Notes: generated by a model not told the origin, from the sequence alone. A stretch of DNA of 44,441 nt from a virus (IMGVR_UViG_2778261530_000005); one strand, 5' to 3'. Positions 9,564-18,317 are shown, counted from the stretch's first letter. Program-made: numbers and translations.

Positions 9564-9969
9564 GCACATCGAATCAGTGCTGTTAGCCCTGGCCGCTGAA
9601 AAAGGGCAGGCATGGGTAGCCAATGCAATTACTGAAGAATATCTGCGCCAGGGGGGCGGCGAATTGCCCTTGGTACCAGGCAAGGACTGGAATAATCAGC
9701 AGAACATCTATCACCGTTGGTTAAAAGGTGAAACGAAAGCGCAAAGGGAAAAAATTCAGACACTGATCCCTGCGGTTCTGGCAATTCTTCCGCGCGAGCT
9801 GCGTCACCGACTCTGCATCTTCGATACCCTGGAACGCCGTGCATTACTGGCGGCGCAGGAAGCGTTGAGTACGGCAATTGATGCGCATGATGATGCAGTC
9901 CAGGCCGTTTACCGGAAAGCACATTTCAGCGGTGGTGGGTCGCCCGGTGATTCTGTCGTAGTGCATTGA
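9547..9969 (+). CDS. YdaT-like protein (putative toxic partner of the YdaS-like protein)
   Basis: 140 aa, same length and position as Rac YdaT; overlaps the cro-like gene. Confidence 0.5.
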   Translation: MKIRHEHIESVLLALAAEKGQAWVANAITEEYLRQGGGELPLVPGKDWNNQQNIYHRWLKGETKAQREKIQTLIPAVLAILPRELRHRLCIFDTLERRALLAAQEALSTAIDAHDDAVQAVYRKAHFSGGGSPGDSVVVH

Positions 9970-10046
9970 TTGAAATTAATCGTGCCGGATTGTTTTGTTC
10001 GGTATCAGTTAAATGTAACGCTGCGAGCGTTACAAGGTGAAAACAA

Positions 10047-10835
10047 ATGGCTTCAAACTGGATAAAGCTCGAGGTTATTACGCCGGATAAGCCGGAAATA
10101 TTCAGGCTTGCTGAGATTCTGAATATTGATCCAGATGCCGCATTAGGGAAGGTTATTCGCTTCTGGGCATGGGCGGATCAACAAATGATAGACGGTAATG
10201 CAGATTGTAACGCTCGCGGCGTTACAAAAAGTGCAATAGATCGCATCACTTTTATGGCTGGTTTTGCTGATGCGTTAATTCAGGTTGGATGGCTGGTCGA
10301 AAATGACGTTGGGCTTTCTCTACCTAACTTTGAACGCCATAACGGAAAAAGCTCTAAAAAACGGGCGGTTACAAACGAGCGAGTTACAAAAATACGTGAA
10401 CTGAAACGAAAAGGTAACGCTGCCGGCGTTACACAAACGGATCAAAAAGCGTTACCAGAGGAAGAGGAAGAGGAAGATCTAAATACTGATCTCCCCCTAA
10501 ATCCCCCTCGCCAAAAACGAGCGTCTAAAAAATTCGAGCCGGAGGCTATTGAGCTGCCCGATTGGTTGCCGGAAACACTCTGGCATGAGTGGGTCCGGTT
10601 CAGACAGGCATTGCGAAAACCGATTCGAACGGAGCAGGGCGCTAACGGGGCGATACGGGAACTGGAAAAATTCCGTCAGCAGGGTTTTACACCTGAGCAG
10701 GTGATTCGACACAGCATCGCCAATGAATACCAGGGCCTGTTCGCGCCGAAAGGTGTTCGGCCTGAGACGTTGCTCCGACAGGTTAACACCGTCTCCTTGC
10801 CGGACAGTGCGATCCCGCCAGGCTTCAGGGGGTAA
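10047..10835 (+). CDS. Replication initiation / replisome-organiser protein (YdaU-like)
   Basis: 262 aa directly upstream of the DnaC-like loader; acidic linker (EEEEEEDL). Confidence 0.5.
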   Translation: MASNWIKLEVITPDKPEIFRLAEILNIDPDAALGKVIRFWAWADQQMIDGNADCNARGVTKSAIDRITFMAGFADALIQVGWLVENDVGLSLPNFERHNGKSSKKRAVTNERVTKIRELKRKGNAAGVTQTDQKALPEEEEEEDLNTDLPLNPPRQKRASKKFEPEAIELPDWLPETLWHEWVRFRQALRKPIRTEQGANGAIRELEKFRQQGFTPEQVIRHSIANEYQGLFAPKGVRPETLLRQVNTVSLPDSAIPPGFRG

Positions 10836-10841
10836 CAGACC

Positions 10842-11588
10842 ATGAAAAATATTGCGACAGGCGGCGTTCTGGAGCGTATCCGCAGACTGGCCCCACCACA
10901 TGTAACCGCCCCATTCAGAACGGTTGCGGAGTGGCGCGAGTGGCAACTTGCTGAAGGCCAGAAACGTAGCGAGGAGATCAACCGCCTGAATCGTCAGTTG
11001 CGGGTGGAAAAAATTCTGAATCGCTCAGGCATCCAGCCGTTGCACCGTAAATGCTCGTTTGCGAATTACCAGGTGCAGAACGACGGCCAGCGATACGCGT
11101 TAAGCCAGGCGAAATCCATCGCCGATGAACTGATGACCGGGTGTACAAATTTTGCGTTCAGCGGAAAACCTGGTACCGGGAAGAATCACTTAGCGGCAGC
11201 TATCGGGAATCGCCTGCTGAAAGACGGTCAGACAGTGATTGTGGTTACCGTGGCTGATGTCATGAGTGCTCTACACGCCAGCTATGACGACGGGCAATCA
11301 GGCGAAAAATTTTTGCGGGAACTGTGCCAAGTGGATCTGCTGGTTCTTGATGAAATTGGCATTCAGCGCGAGACAAAAAACGAGCAGGTGGTGCTGCACC
11401 AGATTGTTGATCGCCGGACAGCGTCGATGCGCAGCGTGGGGATGCTGACAAACCTGAACTATGAGGCCATGAAAACATTGCTCGGCGAGAGGATTATGGA
11501 TCGCATGACCATGAACGGCGGGCGATGGGTGAATTTTAACTGGGAGAGCTGGCGTCCGAATGTCGTCCAGCCAGGAATTGCGAAGTGA
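10842..11588 (+). CDS. DnaC-like helicase loader (IstB-type AAA+ ATPase)
   Basis: Walker [16 protein letters not shown] and Walker B LLVLDEIG. Confidence 0.8.
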   Translation: MKNIATGGVLERIRRLAPPHVTAPFRTVAEWREWQLAEGQKRSEEINRLNRQLRVEKILNRSGIQPLHRKCSFANYQVQNDGQRYALSQAKSIADELMTGCTNFAFSGKPGTGKNHLAAAIGNRLLKDGQTVIVVTVADVMSALHASYDDGQSGEKFLRELCQVDLLVLDEIGIQRETKNEQVVLHQIVDRRTASMRSVGMLTNLNYEAMKTLLGERIMDRMTMNGGRWVNFNWESWRPNVVQPGIAK

Positions 11589-11610
11589 TTTTTACCGGGA
11601 GGAAATTTTA

Positions 11611-12372
11611 ATGGAAACCGTTTTTGATGCACTGAAAGCAATGGGAAAAGCCACGTCGGTAGAACTGGCTGCGCGACTTGATATCAGTCGTGAAGAAGTG
11701 CTGAACGAGCTGTGGGAACTGAAAAAGGCTGGATTCGTTGATAAAAGCGTATACACCTGGCGTGTGGCCGATAACAACGTTCAGCAGGAACATCCAGTGC
11801 CGGAAGAACAGCCGGAAGAAATCGCCACGGCAACAGTGACGAAAATATCGGAGTGCGATTTAACCGCGACGATTGAACAACGTGGTCCACTAACTGCGGA
11901 TGAACTGGCTACGTTGTTCGGTACCACATCACGCAAAGTGGCTTCAACGCTGGCAATGGCAATCAGCAAGGGGCGTCTGATTCGCGTAAATCAGAACGGT
12001 AAATTTCGTTACTGCATACCAGGTGATAATTTACCAGCAGAGCCGAAAGTTGAATCGGTAGCGGAAACCGATGGTAAAGCCTTTCCTCAGCCAGCCGGTG
12101 TTGCGTTACCGGTACAGAAAGATGCAACACAGGAAGATATTAAAACAGAAACTGTGGCGGACATTGTGCAGTCGTTGCCATCGTTTACCGAAACGCGTGC
12201 GAATGACCTGATTTTACCATCACTGCATCTGGCAAACCGCGAACTGCGTCGGGCGAAAAATCATGTCCAGAAGTGGGAGCGTGTCTGCGCCGCGCTGCGG
12301 GAGCTGAACAAGCACCGGGATATTGTTCGACAGATTACTGATTCTTCCCGCAGTGTTGCATCGGAAAAGTGA
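11611..12372 (+). CDS. Hypothetical protein with winged-helix-like N-terminus
   Basis: 253 aa from [13 protein letters not shown]… with GGGAGG ribosome-binding site; the track's upstream extension overlaps the dnaC-like gene. Confidence 0.45.
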   Translation: METVFDALKAMGKATSVELAARLDISREEVLNELWELKKAGFVDKSVYTWRVADNNVQQEHPVPEEQPEEIATATVTKISECDLTATIEQRGPLTADELATLFGTTSRKVASTLAMAISKGRLIRVNQNGKFRYCIPGDNLPAEPKVESVAETDGKAFPQPAGVALPVQKDATQEDIKTETVADIVQSLPSFTETRANDLILPSLHLANRELRRAKNHVQKWERVCAALRELNKHRDIVRQITDSSRSVASEK

Positions 12373-12387
12373 TTACCGGAGGCGCTT

Positions 12388-12807
12388 ATGGCAAAAGTAT
12401 TTACACAAGAAGAGCGGGAAAAAATTAAAGGGCAGGTTGTTGAACTCGTACGCCAGAGTGGGCGCGAGACGTTACGACAACTGGAAGCTAAAACCGGGGC
12501 GACAAGATATTTAATAAGCGTTCTTGCCAGAGACCTGGTTGCCAGTGGGGATGTATACAACTCTGGCTACGGGTTATTCCCGTCAGAACAGGCTCGTAAG
12601 GACTGGCAAAACGCCCGCAAAAAACTCTCGAGGGCAAAGCTGAAGAAAACATCTGCGGTTGATCCGGACCTTATCTGGTCGTTACCAGACGGAGAAATAC
12701 GCCGCTACGACAGGCGTCAGAACATAATCTGTCGCGAGTGCCGGAGAAGTGAAGTTATGCAGCGAGTTTTGATGTTTTACAGGGGTAATAACGGAGCAAC
12801 GATATGA
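12388..12807 (+). CDS. Hypothetical phage protein
   Basis: 139-aa ORF in operon context; C-terminal CxxC pair (CRECRRSE). Confidence 0.45.
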   Translation: MAKVFTQEEREKIKGQVVELVRQSGRETLRQLEAKTGATRYLISVLARDLVASGDVYNSGYGLFPSEQARKDWQNARKKLSRAKLKKTSAVDPDLIWSLPDGEIRRYDRRQNIICRECRRSEVMQRVLMFYRGNNGATI

Positions 12808-13103
12808 GGGTTTATATCGCAGGGCCGATGACCGGGTATAAAAATTTCAACCGTGAGGCATTTCACGAGGCGGAAGAGAAGCTGAAACAGAAAGGGTGCA
12901 CGGTGTTGAATCCGGCAGTGCTTCCCGATGGGCTGACACAGGCGCAGTACATGGATATTTGTACTGCGATGCTCCGCTGTGTGGATACGATTTACATGCT
13001 GAAAGGCTGGCATCGGTCGGCAGGCGCTAAGGCAGAACTGGCGCTGGCGGCGAAACTGGGGCATGAGGTTGTATTTCTGGAGGCAACCAGTGAGCGAGAT
13101 TAA
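12804..13103 (+). CDS. Nucleoside 2-deoxyribosyltransferase-like (DUF4406-type) protein
   Basis: 99 aa beginning MRVYIAGPMTGY…, the characteristic N-terminal motif of this fold; start overlaps previous stop. Confidence 0.55.
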   Translation: MRVYIAGPMTGYKNFNREAFHEAEEKLKQKGCTVLNPAVLPDGLTQAQYMDICTAMLRCVDTIYMLKGWHRSAGAKAELALAAKLGHEVVFLEATSERD

Positions 13104-13677
13104 CTATCAGGCTCTGCGTGAGGCGGCAGAAGCAATAAAAATAGCAGCCACACCACAAAAATTGCTGGCATTTCGTATGAAGGTCACACCTCAGGTTGTG
13201 CTGGCACTGCTGGATGAACGGGAAAGAAACCAGCAATACATAAAACGCCGCGATCAGGAGAACGAGGAAATTGCGCTAACGGTAGGGAAGCTGCGTGTTG
13301 AGCTTGAAGCAGAAAAATCAAAACTCAACGAGCAGCGTGAGTATTACGAGGGAGTAATCGCGGATGGAAGTAAGCGCATAGCAGAACTGGAAGCACGGGA
13401 AATAAAACCAGCCAAAGGCGAAGTTCTTGTCGTTGTATCTGGTTTTACTGGTTGCGGGAAAAGCGCCATTGCCGGGGAAATAGAAATTGCGATGAAAGCT
13501 ATTGGTGTGCCGGTTCTATGGACTAATGGCGATGCGGAAAAGCGCATGACAGGAGCTGACTGGCTGACAGCGATTGAGATGTACAAACCAACTGTGCGCA
13601 TCGTGGAAGTTAATGTGCCACGCGCCGCTGGCATTCGCATCAAAGGAGAGGAGCATGCAAATAAAACCAGAAGATGA
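13090..13677 (+). CDS. Hypothetical protein: coiled-coil N-terminus and P-loop-like C-terminus
   Basis: About 195 aa from a GTG overlapping the preceding stop; heptad-rich central region; GFTGCGKS resembles a Walker A motif. Confidence 0.45.
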   Translation: MSEINYQALREAAEAIKIAATPQKLLAFRMKVTPQVVLALLDERERNQQYIKRRDQENEEIALTVGKLRVELEAEKSKLNEQREYYEGVIADGSKRIAELEAREIKPAKGEVLVVVSGFTGCGKSAIAGEIEIAMKAIGVPVLWTNGDAEKRMTGADWLTAIEMYKPTVRIVEVNVPRAAGIRIKGEEHANKTRR

Positions 13678-14011
13678 GTTAAGTAATATTGTTTTATTTC
13701 CGGTAAAGGAGGATGACCCACGTAATCAGGTTAATTTTCTTTATGAGCCATCGGAAAGGCCATACTGCTATCACGCTTCTGTCCGGGTTGACGAAAAAGA
13801 GCGTCAGGTCCGCTGTAAAATCTGCGGTGCAGTTGTGGAGCCGTTTGACTGGATGCTCTCAGTGGCGAAAAGAGAAACCAGACTGGCAGATGATGTAAGG
13901 CTATTGCGCCAGGAAGAACAGGAAAGGCGGAAAAATATAGAAAAGTTAATTCAGATTGAGCGTAACGCGAAAGCGCGGATACGCAGGGCGACAAAAGCCA
14001 CGACTGAATAA
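13655..14011 (+). CDS. Hypothetical Cys-pair (zinc-ribbon-like) protein
   Basis: 118 aa from MQIKPEDELSNIV…; CYH…CKICG motif; basic C-terminus. Confidence 0.4.
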   Translation: MQIKPEDELSNIVLFPVKEDDPRNQVNFLYEPSERPYCYHASVRVDEKERQVRCKICGAVVEPFDWMLSVAKRETRLADDVRLLRQEEQERRKNIEKLIQIERNAKARIRRATKATTE

Positions 14012-14103
14012 TTAAATTTAGCACTATAAAAAATTTAATCCTTAACCGGAGGGATTCCAGCACTCTCAGAACATCAGGAGGCCGCCTGAAAGGGCGGTAA
14101 TTA

Positions 14104-14322
14104 ATGGTCACATTATTTAGAAAAAAATATCCGCGAAAGAGTAGAACAACAGAATTTCTGTTTCTCATTCTGTTTATCGTGTTGATGATACCGATATCCC
14201 CGCTATTACTGGTCTGGTTTATCGGGAAAATAATTGAGCCCGTTATTGAATTGTATAACGACGTGGTATGGGCGTCATTCAACACACTGCACAATAAAAT
14301 TAATCCGTATAAGGAAAGCTGA
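14104..14322 (+). CDS. Small hydrophobic protein, possible membrane protein
   Basis: 72-aa ORF with a single long hydrophobic segment; ends just before the HNH gene start. Confidence 0.25.
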   Translation: MVTLFRKKYPRKSRTTEFLFLILFIVLMIPISPLLLVWFIGKIIEPVIELYNDVVWASFNTLHNKINPYKES

Positions 14323-14323
14323 T

Positions 14324-14689
14324 ATGGCACTGACGAAAAAACAACGCGCAGAACTGCGCATGAAGTTCGGTGGTCGCTGTGCTTATTGCGGCTGTGAACT
14401 TGGCGAAAAGTGGCATGCAGACCATGTAAAACCGGTCATTCGTTTTGCTGGAAATATGCTTCACCAGGAACGTGACGATATATCCAACATGGTTCCGGCA
14501 TGCCACCCATGCAATCTGCACAAGCATTGCAGTAGTCTGGAAGATTATCGGCGAATTATCAGTGATGGTCGTCGTGAATTCCTTGCGTCCGGGAAAGGCA
14601 AAGCGCTGGTTCGTATGGGATTGGTTGAAATGAAATCTGACCCGGTTGTGTTCTGGTTTGAAAAATATCAAGAAGGGGCTACGGCATGA
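14324..14689 (+). CDS. HNH endonuclease
   Basis: 121 aa from MALTKKQRAEL…; CAYCGC…HADHVKP…CHPCN is a classic HNH/zinc-finger signature. Confidence 0.7.
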   Translation: MALTKKQRAELRMKFGGRCAYCGCELGEKWHADHVKPVIRFAGNMLHQERDDISNMVPACHPCNLHKHCSSLEDYRRIISDGRREFLASGKGKALVRMGLVEMKSDPVVFWFEKYQEGATA

Positions 14690-15066
14690 TCACTATTACC
14701 AAAGAGCGACTGCAATGGCTGGCTAACATTTCTGGCCGCGATGACATTGACGATATAGACGGCGGTGAAATTCGTGAACTGGCGCTTATCGCACTGGCAT
14801 CGCTGGAGGCAGAGCCGGTTGGTGAGTTTTATGAATACAAACCGGGTGACTGGTATCAGCGTTCGGTCGGGGATAAAGCGCCAAAGTGGGTGCCGTTATA
14901 TGCAGCTCCACCAGCACCTGGCAACCAGGTTGGCGAATTAACAATGTGGGTTAAACGACTGGTCAGTCAACTGAAAAAAGCTAATCCAGACTGCAAATTA
15001 CCGGAGAAGGCGATGGACTACCTGAAGCGGAACGAACTGATAAGCGCGGAGGATGTTTTGCGATGA
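14686..15066 (+). CDS. Hypothetical phage protein
   Basis: 126-aa ORF, start overlapping the HNH stop. Confidence 0.45.
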   Translation: MITITKERLQWLANISGRDDIDDIDGGEIRELALIALASLEAEPVGEFYEYKPGDWYQRSVGDKAPKWVPLYAAPPAPGNQVGELTMWVKRLVSQLKKANPDCKLPEKAMDYLKRNELISAEDVLR

Positions 15067-15146
15067 CTTGGCCTGAAGCATTCACAACGGCAGGAATCGC
15101 AATGGCGGTGGCGCTGGTGGTGTATTCGATTTGCCGCTGGGGATAA
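15063..15146 (+). CDS. Candidate 27-aa hydrophobic micropeptide
   Basis: Hand-translated MTWPEAFTTAGIAMAVALVVYSICRWG; ATG overlaps the preceding stop (ATGA); below ORF-track cutoff. Confidence 0.2.
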   Translation: MTWPEAFTTAGIAMAVALVVYSICRWG

Positions 15147-15356
15147 AAACGGTTTGCGGGAAAAGGGGAGTTAAGTAAAATTGCTGCGGGTGCTTGAGGC
15201 TGTCTGCCTCGGGCATGCCACTGTAAGGCAGACAGAGAAAAGCCCCGGTTAACATTACGCGTCCTGCAAGACGCTTAACATTAATCTGAGGCCATATCTA
15301 TGCTCTACACACATAGGTTAGCCTCTTACGTGCCGAAAGGCAAGGAGAAGCAGGCT

Positions 15357-15512
15357 ATGAAGCAGCAAAAGGCGATGTTAATCGCCCTGATCGTCATCTG
15401 TTTAACCGTCATAGTGACGGTACTGGTAACGAGGAAAGACCTTTGCGAGGTACGAATCCGAACCGGCCAGACGGAGGTCGCTGTCTTCACAGCTTACGAA
15501 CCTGAGGAGTAA
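15357..15512 (+). CDS. Hok/Gef-family type I toxin (HokD/RelF-like)
   Basis: 51 aa MKQQKAMLIALIVICLTVIVTVLVTRKDLCEVRIRTGQTEVAVFTAYEPEE: single transmembrane helix plus conserved Hok C-terminus; AAGGAG ribosome-binding site. Confidence 0.75.
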   Translation: MKQQKAMLIALIVICLTVIVTVLVTRKDLCEVRIRTGQTEVAVFTAYEPEE

Positions 15513-15579
15513 GAGACCAGGCGGGGTAAACCCCCGCCACCTCTGATGTGTCAGGCATCCTCAACGCACCCGCACTTAA

Positions 15580-15600
15580 CCCGCTTCGGCGGGTTTTTTA
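15580..15600 (+). terminator. Rho-independent terminator at the 3' end of the hok transcript
   Basis: CCGCTTCGGCGG hairpin followed by TTTTTT. Confidence 0.55.
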
Positions 15601-15761
15601 CTTTAACAGATCAAGTTTTAGCCGATTCACCAATTAAACAGACCTTCGTTTGTTGATAAGCGGGTATGCCTGACTAGAATCGATGCACTTAAGTAGCGCG
15701 CAGGGAGAAGAGGGATGGACCCCGAACAGGGGAGTGCTATTTATCTGGAAGGATTCTGTTG

Positions 15762-15935
15762 ATGAAAATCGAAGAATTGCGTGAAATTTTTAGTGAAAAT
15801 GGCCTCTATGCTGTGCGCGTTGAGAATGGGAAAGTTGTCTACACAACGTTAATCCCTGATGATCATGTAATTTTATCTATCGAGGCATTCATTGAATACC
15901 TTGAAAGGCTCGGTTTCAAGGTGGTTCGCGAATGA
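15762..15935 (+). CDS. Small hypothetical protein
   Basis: 57-aa ORF translated by hand (MKIEELREIFSENGLYAVRVENGK…); below ORF-track cutoff. Confidence 0.3.
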   Translation: MKIEELREIFSENGLYAVRVENGKVVYTTLIPDDHVILSIEAFIEYLERLGFKVVRE

Positions 15936-15982
15936 GTTATAATTCGTAAGCCAGCCTGAACAACTGGCAACCTACAGCGCCA

Positions 15983-16594
15983 TTGGAGACAGCAATGGCG
16001 CATATACAACTGGTCAAACAAACCTCTTCCGGATTACTTCTCCCGGCGACGCCGGAGAGTTGCGATTTTTTGCATCAAATCAAAATAGGTGAGTGGATAC
16101 ACGCGGACTTTAAGCGAGTGCGTAACTACGCGTTCCACAAGCGTTTTTTCAAACTCCTGCAACTGGGATTCGATTACTGGACTCCGAACGGTGGGGCGAT
16201 CACGCCTCGAGAACGAGAACTGGTATCAGGCTTCGTTGAGTATCTGTGCGAATCAGTTGGTCGGGAACACACTCCAGCCCTGAGCGAAGCCGCAGAGCAA
16301 TATCTGAATGCCGTTGCGACACGCAGAACCCGGGATACGGCATTGCTAAAGTCATTTGACGCTTTCCGCGAGTGGGTAACCATTCAGGCCGGATTTTACA
16401 CCGAGCATATTTATCCTGATGGTAGTCGTGGGCGCAGGGCAAAATCTATCGCATTTGCGAACATGGACGAAACCGAGTTTCAGCAGGTTTATAAATCTGT
16501 ACTGAATGTGCTGTGGAACTGGATCCTGTTCCGTAAATTTTCCTCTCCGGAGGAAGTCGAAAATGTGGCCGCACAGTTACTGGAGTTTGCGTAA
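15983..16594 (+). CDS. nin-region protein (DUF1367-like), function unknown
   Basis: 203-aa ORF upstream of the YbcO-like gene; alternative start at 15995. Confidence 0.45.
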   Translation: METAMAHIQLVKQTSSGLLLPATPESCDFLHQIKIGEWIHADFKRVRNYAFHKRFFKLLQLGFDYWTPNGGAITPRERELVSGFVEYLCESVGREHTPALSEAAEQYLNAVATRRTRDTALLKSFDAFREWVTIQAGFYTEHIYPDGSRGRRAKSIAFANMDETEFQQVYKSVLNVLWNWILFRKFSSPEEVENVAAQLLEFA

Positions 16595-16884
16595 TGGTGG
16601 ATTTACGTAAAGCGGCGCGGGGGCAGATGTGCACCGTCAGAATTCCTGGCTACTGCAATCACAATCCCGAAACTTCTGTGCTGGCGCATTACAGGCTGGC
16701 GGGGACGTGCGGAACAGCGACAAAACCACACGATATGCAGGCAGCGATTGCCTGTAGCTCATGCCACGATCTAATCGACGGGCGGGTAAAAACCAGCGAT
16801 TACACCAAAGAAGAATTACGCCTGATGCATGCAGAAGGTGTTTTTCGCACACAAGAAATCTGGAGAAAGGAAGGTTATTTATGA
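16594..16884 (+). CDS. YbcO-like Cys-rich putative nuclease (DUF1364-like)
   Basis: 96 aa with several conserved-looking Cys/His; nin-region position preceding Q. Confidence 0.5.
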   Translation: MVDLRKAARGQMCTVRIPGYCNHNPETSVLAHYRLAGTCGTATKPHDMQAAIACSSCHDLIDGRVKTSDYTKEELRLMHAEGVFRTQEIWRKEGYL

Positions 16885-17435
16885 TTTACCCAACAAATAC
16901 AGGCAAAAGCGGGGAACACCTTCGTCTCACCACGCTGGAAAGTGTCTGGATTCAGGGAAAACTGCGCATGTGGGGGCGCTGGTCGTATATTGGCGGCGGT
17001 AAGACGGGAAATATGTTCAACCAGTTGCTGACCTCTAAAAAGCTGACAAAAACGGCAATTAACGAGGCGCTCCGGAGGATGAAAAAAGCAGGTCTGGACA
17101 AACCTGAACTTGAGGCTTTTTTGCGGGATATGATCAACGGCAAGCAAAAAAGCTGGCTGGTGCATTGTACTGATGCAGAGGCGTTATGCATTGATCGGGT
17201 GATTAGTGAAGTGCTGGCAGAACACCCAGGATTGATTTGTATCCTCCGGCAACGATATGAAGGGAGGGGGATGACTAAGCGCAAAATGGCTGAATTGCTG
17301 AATGATTCACACCCTGAGTGGTGTTACGCCACGTGCCGTAATCGCATAGATGCGTGGTTGAAAATGGCAGAGTTTATGCTCTATCTGCCGATGCGTGATG
17401 CATTCTCTTCCGGGGATCTAAAAACCGTCTGTTGA
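16881..17435 (+). CDS. Late-gene antiterminator (Q-like)
   Basis: 184 aa from MIYPTNTGK…; immediately upstream of a near-consensus promoter and short terminated leader, upstream of the lysis cassette. Confidence 0.55.
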   Translation: MIYPTNTGKSGEHLRLTTLESVWIQGKLRMWGRWSYIGGGKTGNMFNQLLTSKKLTKTAINEALRRMKKAGLDKPELEAFLRDMINGKQKSWLVHCTDAEALCIDRVISEVLAEHPGLICILRQRYEGRGMTKRKMAELLNDSHPEWCYATCRNRIDAWLKMAEFMLYLPMRDAFSSGDLKTVC

Positions 17436-17461
17436 CTCAATCTGTTATCCGGGGCTATATT
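17432..17461 (+). promoter_or_regulatory. Candidate late promoter PR'
   Basis: TTGACT (17432-17437, overlapping the Q stop codon), 18-bp spacer, TATATT (17456-17461). Confidence 0.55.
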
Positions 17462-17522
17462 CCTCACGCGCCAGCAAAATCTGGCGTCGGGATTGGCGTC
17501 CTGGATAGAGACCGCGACAGAT

Positions 17523-17548
17523 ACACGCCGCGAGCGTGTTTTTTATTG
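17523..17548 (+). terminator. Candidate tR' terminator, about 60-80 nt downstream of PR'
   Basis: ACACGC-CGCGA-GCGTGT hairpin followed by TTTTTTATT. Confidence 0.55.
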
Positions 17549-17705
17549 TCGTATGCACGCGCACATCTGAATTATGGTGGGCTGTGTGGGGGCGGAGAGA
17601 TCCGCGCCGGTCGGTTTCCCGGTTACGCCAACCCTGCACAGTTCACCACCAGATGATTGGCGTCGTCGGTGGTGAGTTATTAAGAAACCACCAGAGGGCG
17701 TCATT

Positions 17706-18317
17706 ATGACAACTCAAATTTCTGTTGAAACTCTCTCCCCGATCACCCATAACCAGATTCCTGTTATTACCACCGAACTTTTGGCGCAGCTTTACGGCAC
17801 TGAGCCGGTGCGCATTCGCCAGAATCATCATGAGAACAAAGTACGCTTCGTTGAAGGGAAACACTTTTTCAAAGTTGTTGGTAATGACCTTAAAGAATTG
17901 CGGGTAGCTTTAAACTACTCACAAAATTTGCGGGTTACTTTAAGTAACTCACAAAATTTGCAACCATCTTTAAGAGGGTTACAAATTTCCCCGAAAGCCC
18001 GCTCCCTCATCCTCTGGACAGAACGCGGAGCAGCCCGTCATGCCAAAATGCTCGAAACCGATCAGGCGTGGGATGTGTTCGAAAAGCTGGAAGACTGCTA
18101 TTTCAGACAAAAGGATCCGTCAGCGCCAGCTTCATGCCAGAAAAGTTACGACTCGCGAGTTCTCTGTTATCAGCGAGGCGGTGTCACTGTTTCCACAATT
18201 CAGTTGCGGGATGATGATATTGTTATTTCCCTTGAGTCATGGCTGGAACTGGCGAGAGCCAATGGTTGGTTTGTTGTTCGCAGAGATAAACTGGTGGAAA
18301 GGCTGATGCAGCTTTAA
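17706..18317 (+). CDS. ORF6N/Bro-N-like domain protein with an internal 10-aa tandem repeat
   Basis: 203 aa; N-terminal region resembles the ORF6N/antirepressor N-domain; contains three 30-bp in-frame tandem repeats; first gene of the late transcript. Confidence 0.5.
   Translation: MTTQISVETLSPITHNQIPVITTELLAQLYGTEPVRIRQNHHENKVRFVEGKHFFKVVGNDLKELRVALNYSQNLRVTLSNSQNLQPSLRGLQISPKARSLILWTERGAARHAKMLETDQAWDVFEKLEDCYFRQKDPSAPASCQKSYDSRVLCYQRGGVTVSTIQLRDDDIVISLESWLELARANGWFVVRRDKLVERLMQL

Noticed and set aside
10497-10981. Minus-strand ORFs (149 aa and 101 aa) across the replication/dnaC-like gene junction
   Set aside because: Antisense to well-supported replication genes (Walker motifs on the + strand); no independent support.
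12261-12560. 99-aa minus-strand ORF spanning the junction of two early genes
   Set aside because: Antisense to two translationally organised + strand genes; Ser/Arg-rich composition typical of shadow ORFs.
13731-14330. 199-aa minus-strand ORF antisense to the zinc-ribbon protein and small membrane ORF
   Set aside because: Opposes the otherwise uniformly + strand early operon; low-complexity translation; no ribosome-binding site.
17897-17986. Tandem 30-bp repeats considered as a possible CRISPR array or tRNA-like element
   Set aside because: Only three contiguous units with no spacers, in-frame within a protein-coding gene; no cloverleaf potential; better described as an intragenic tandem repeat.
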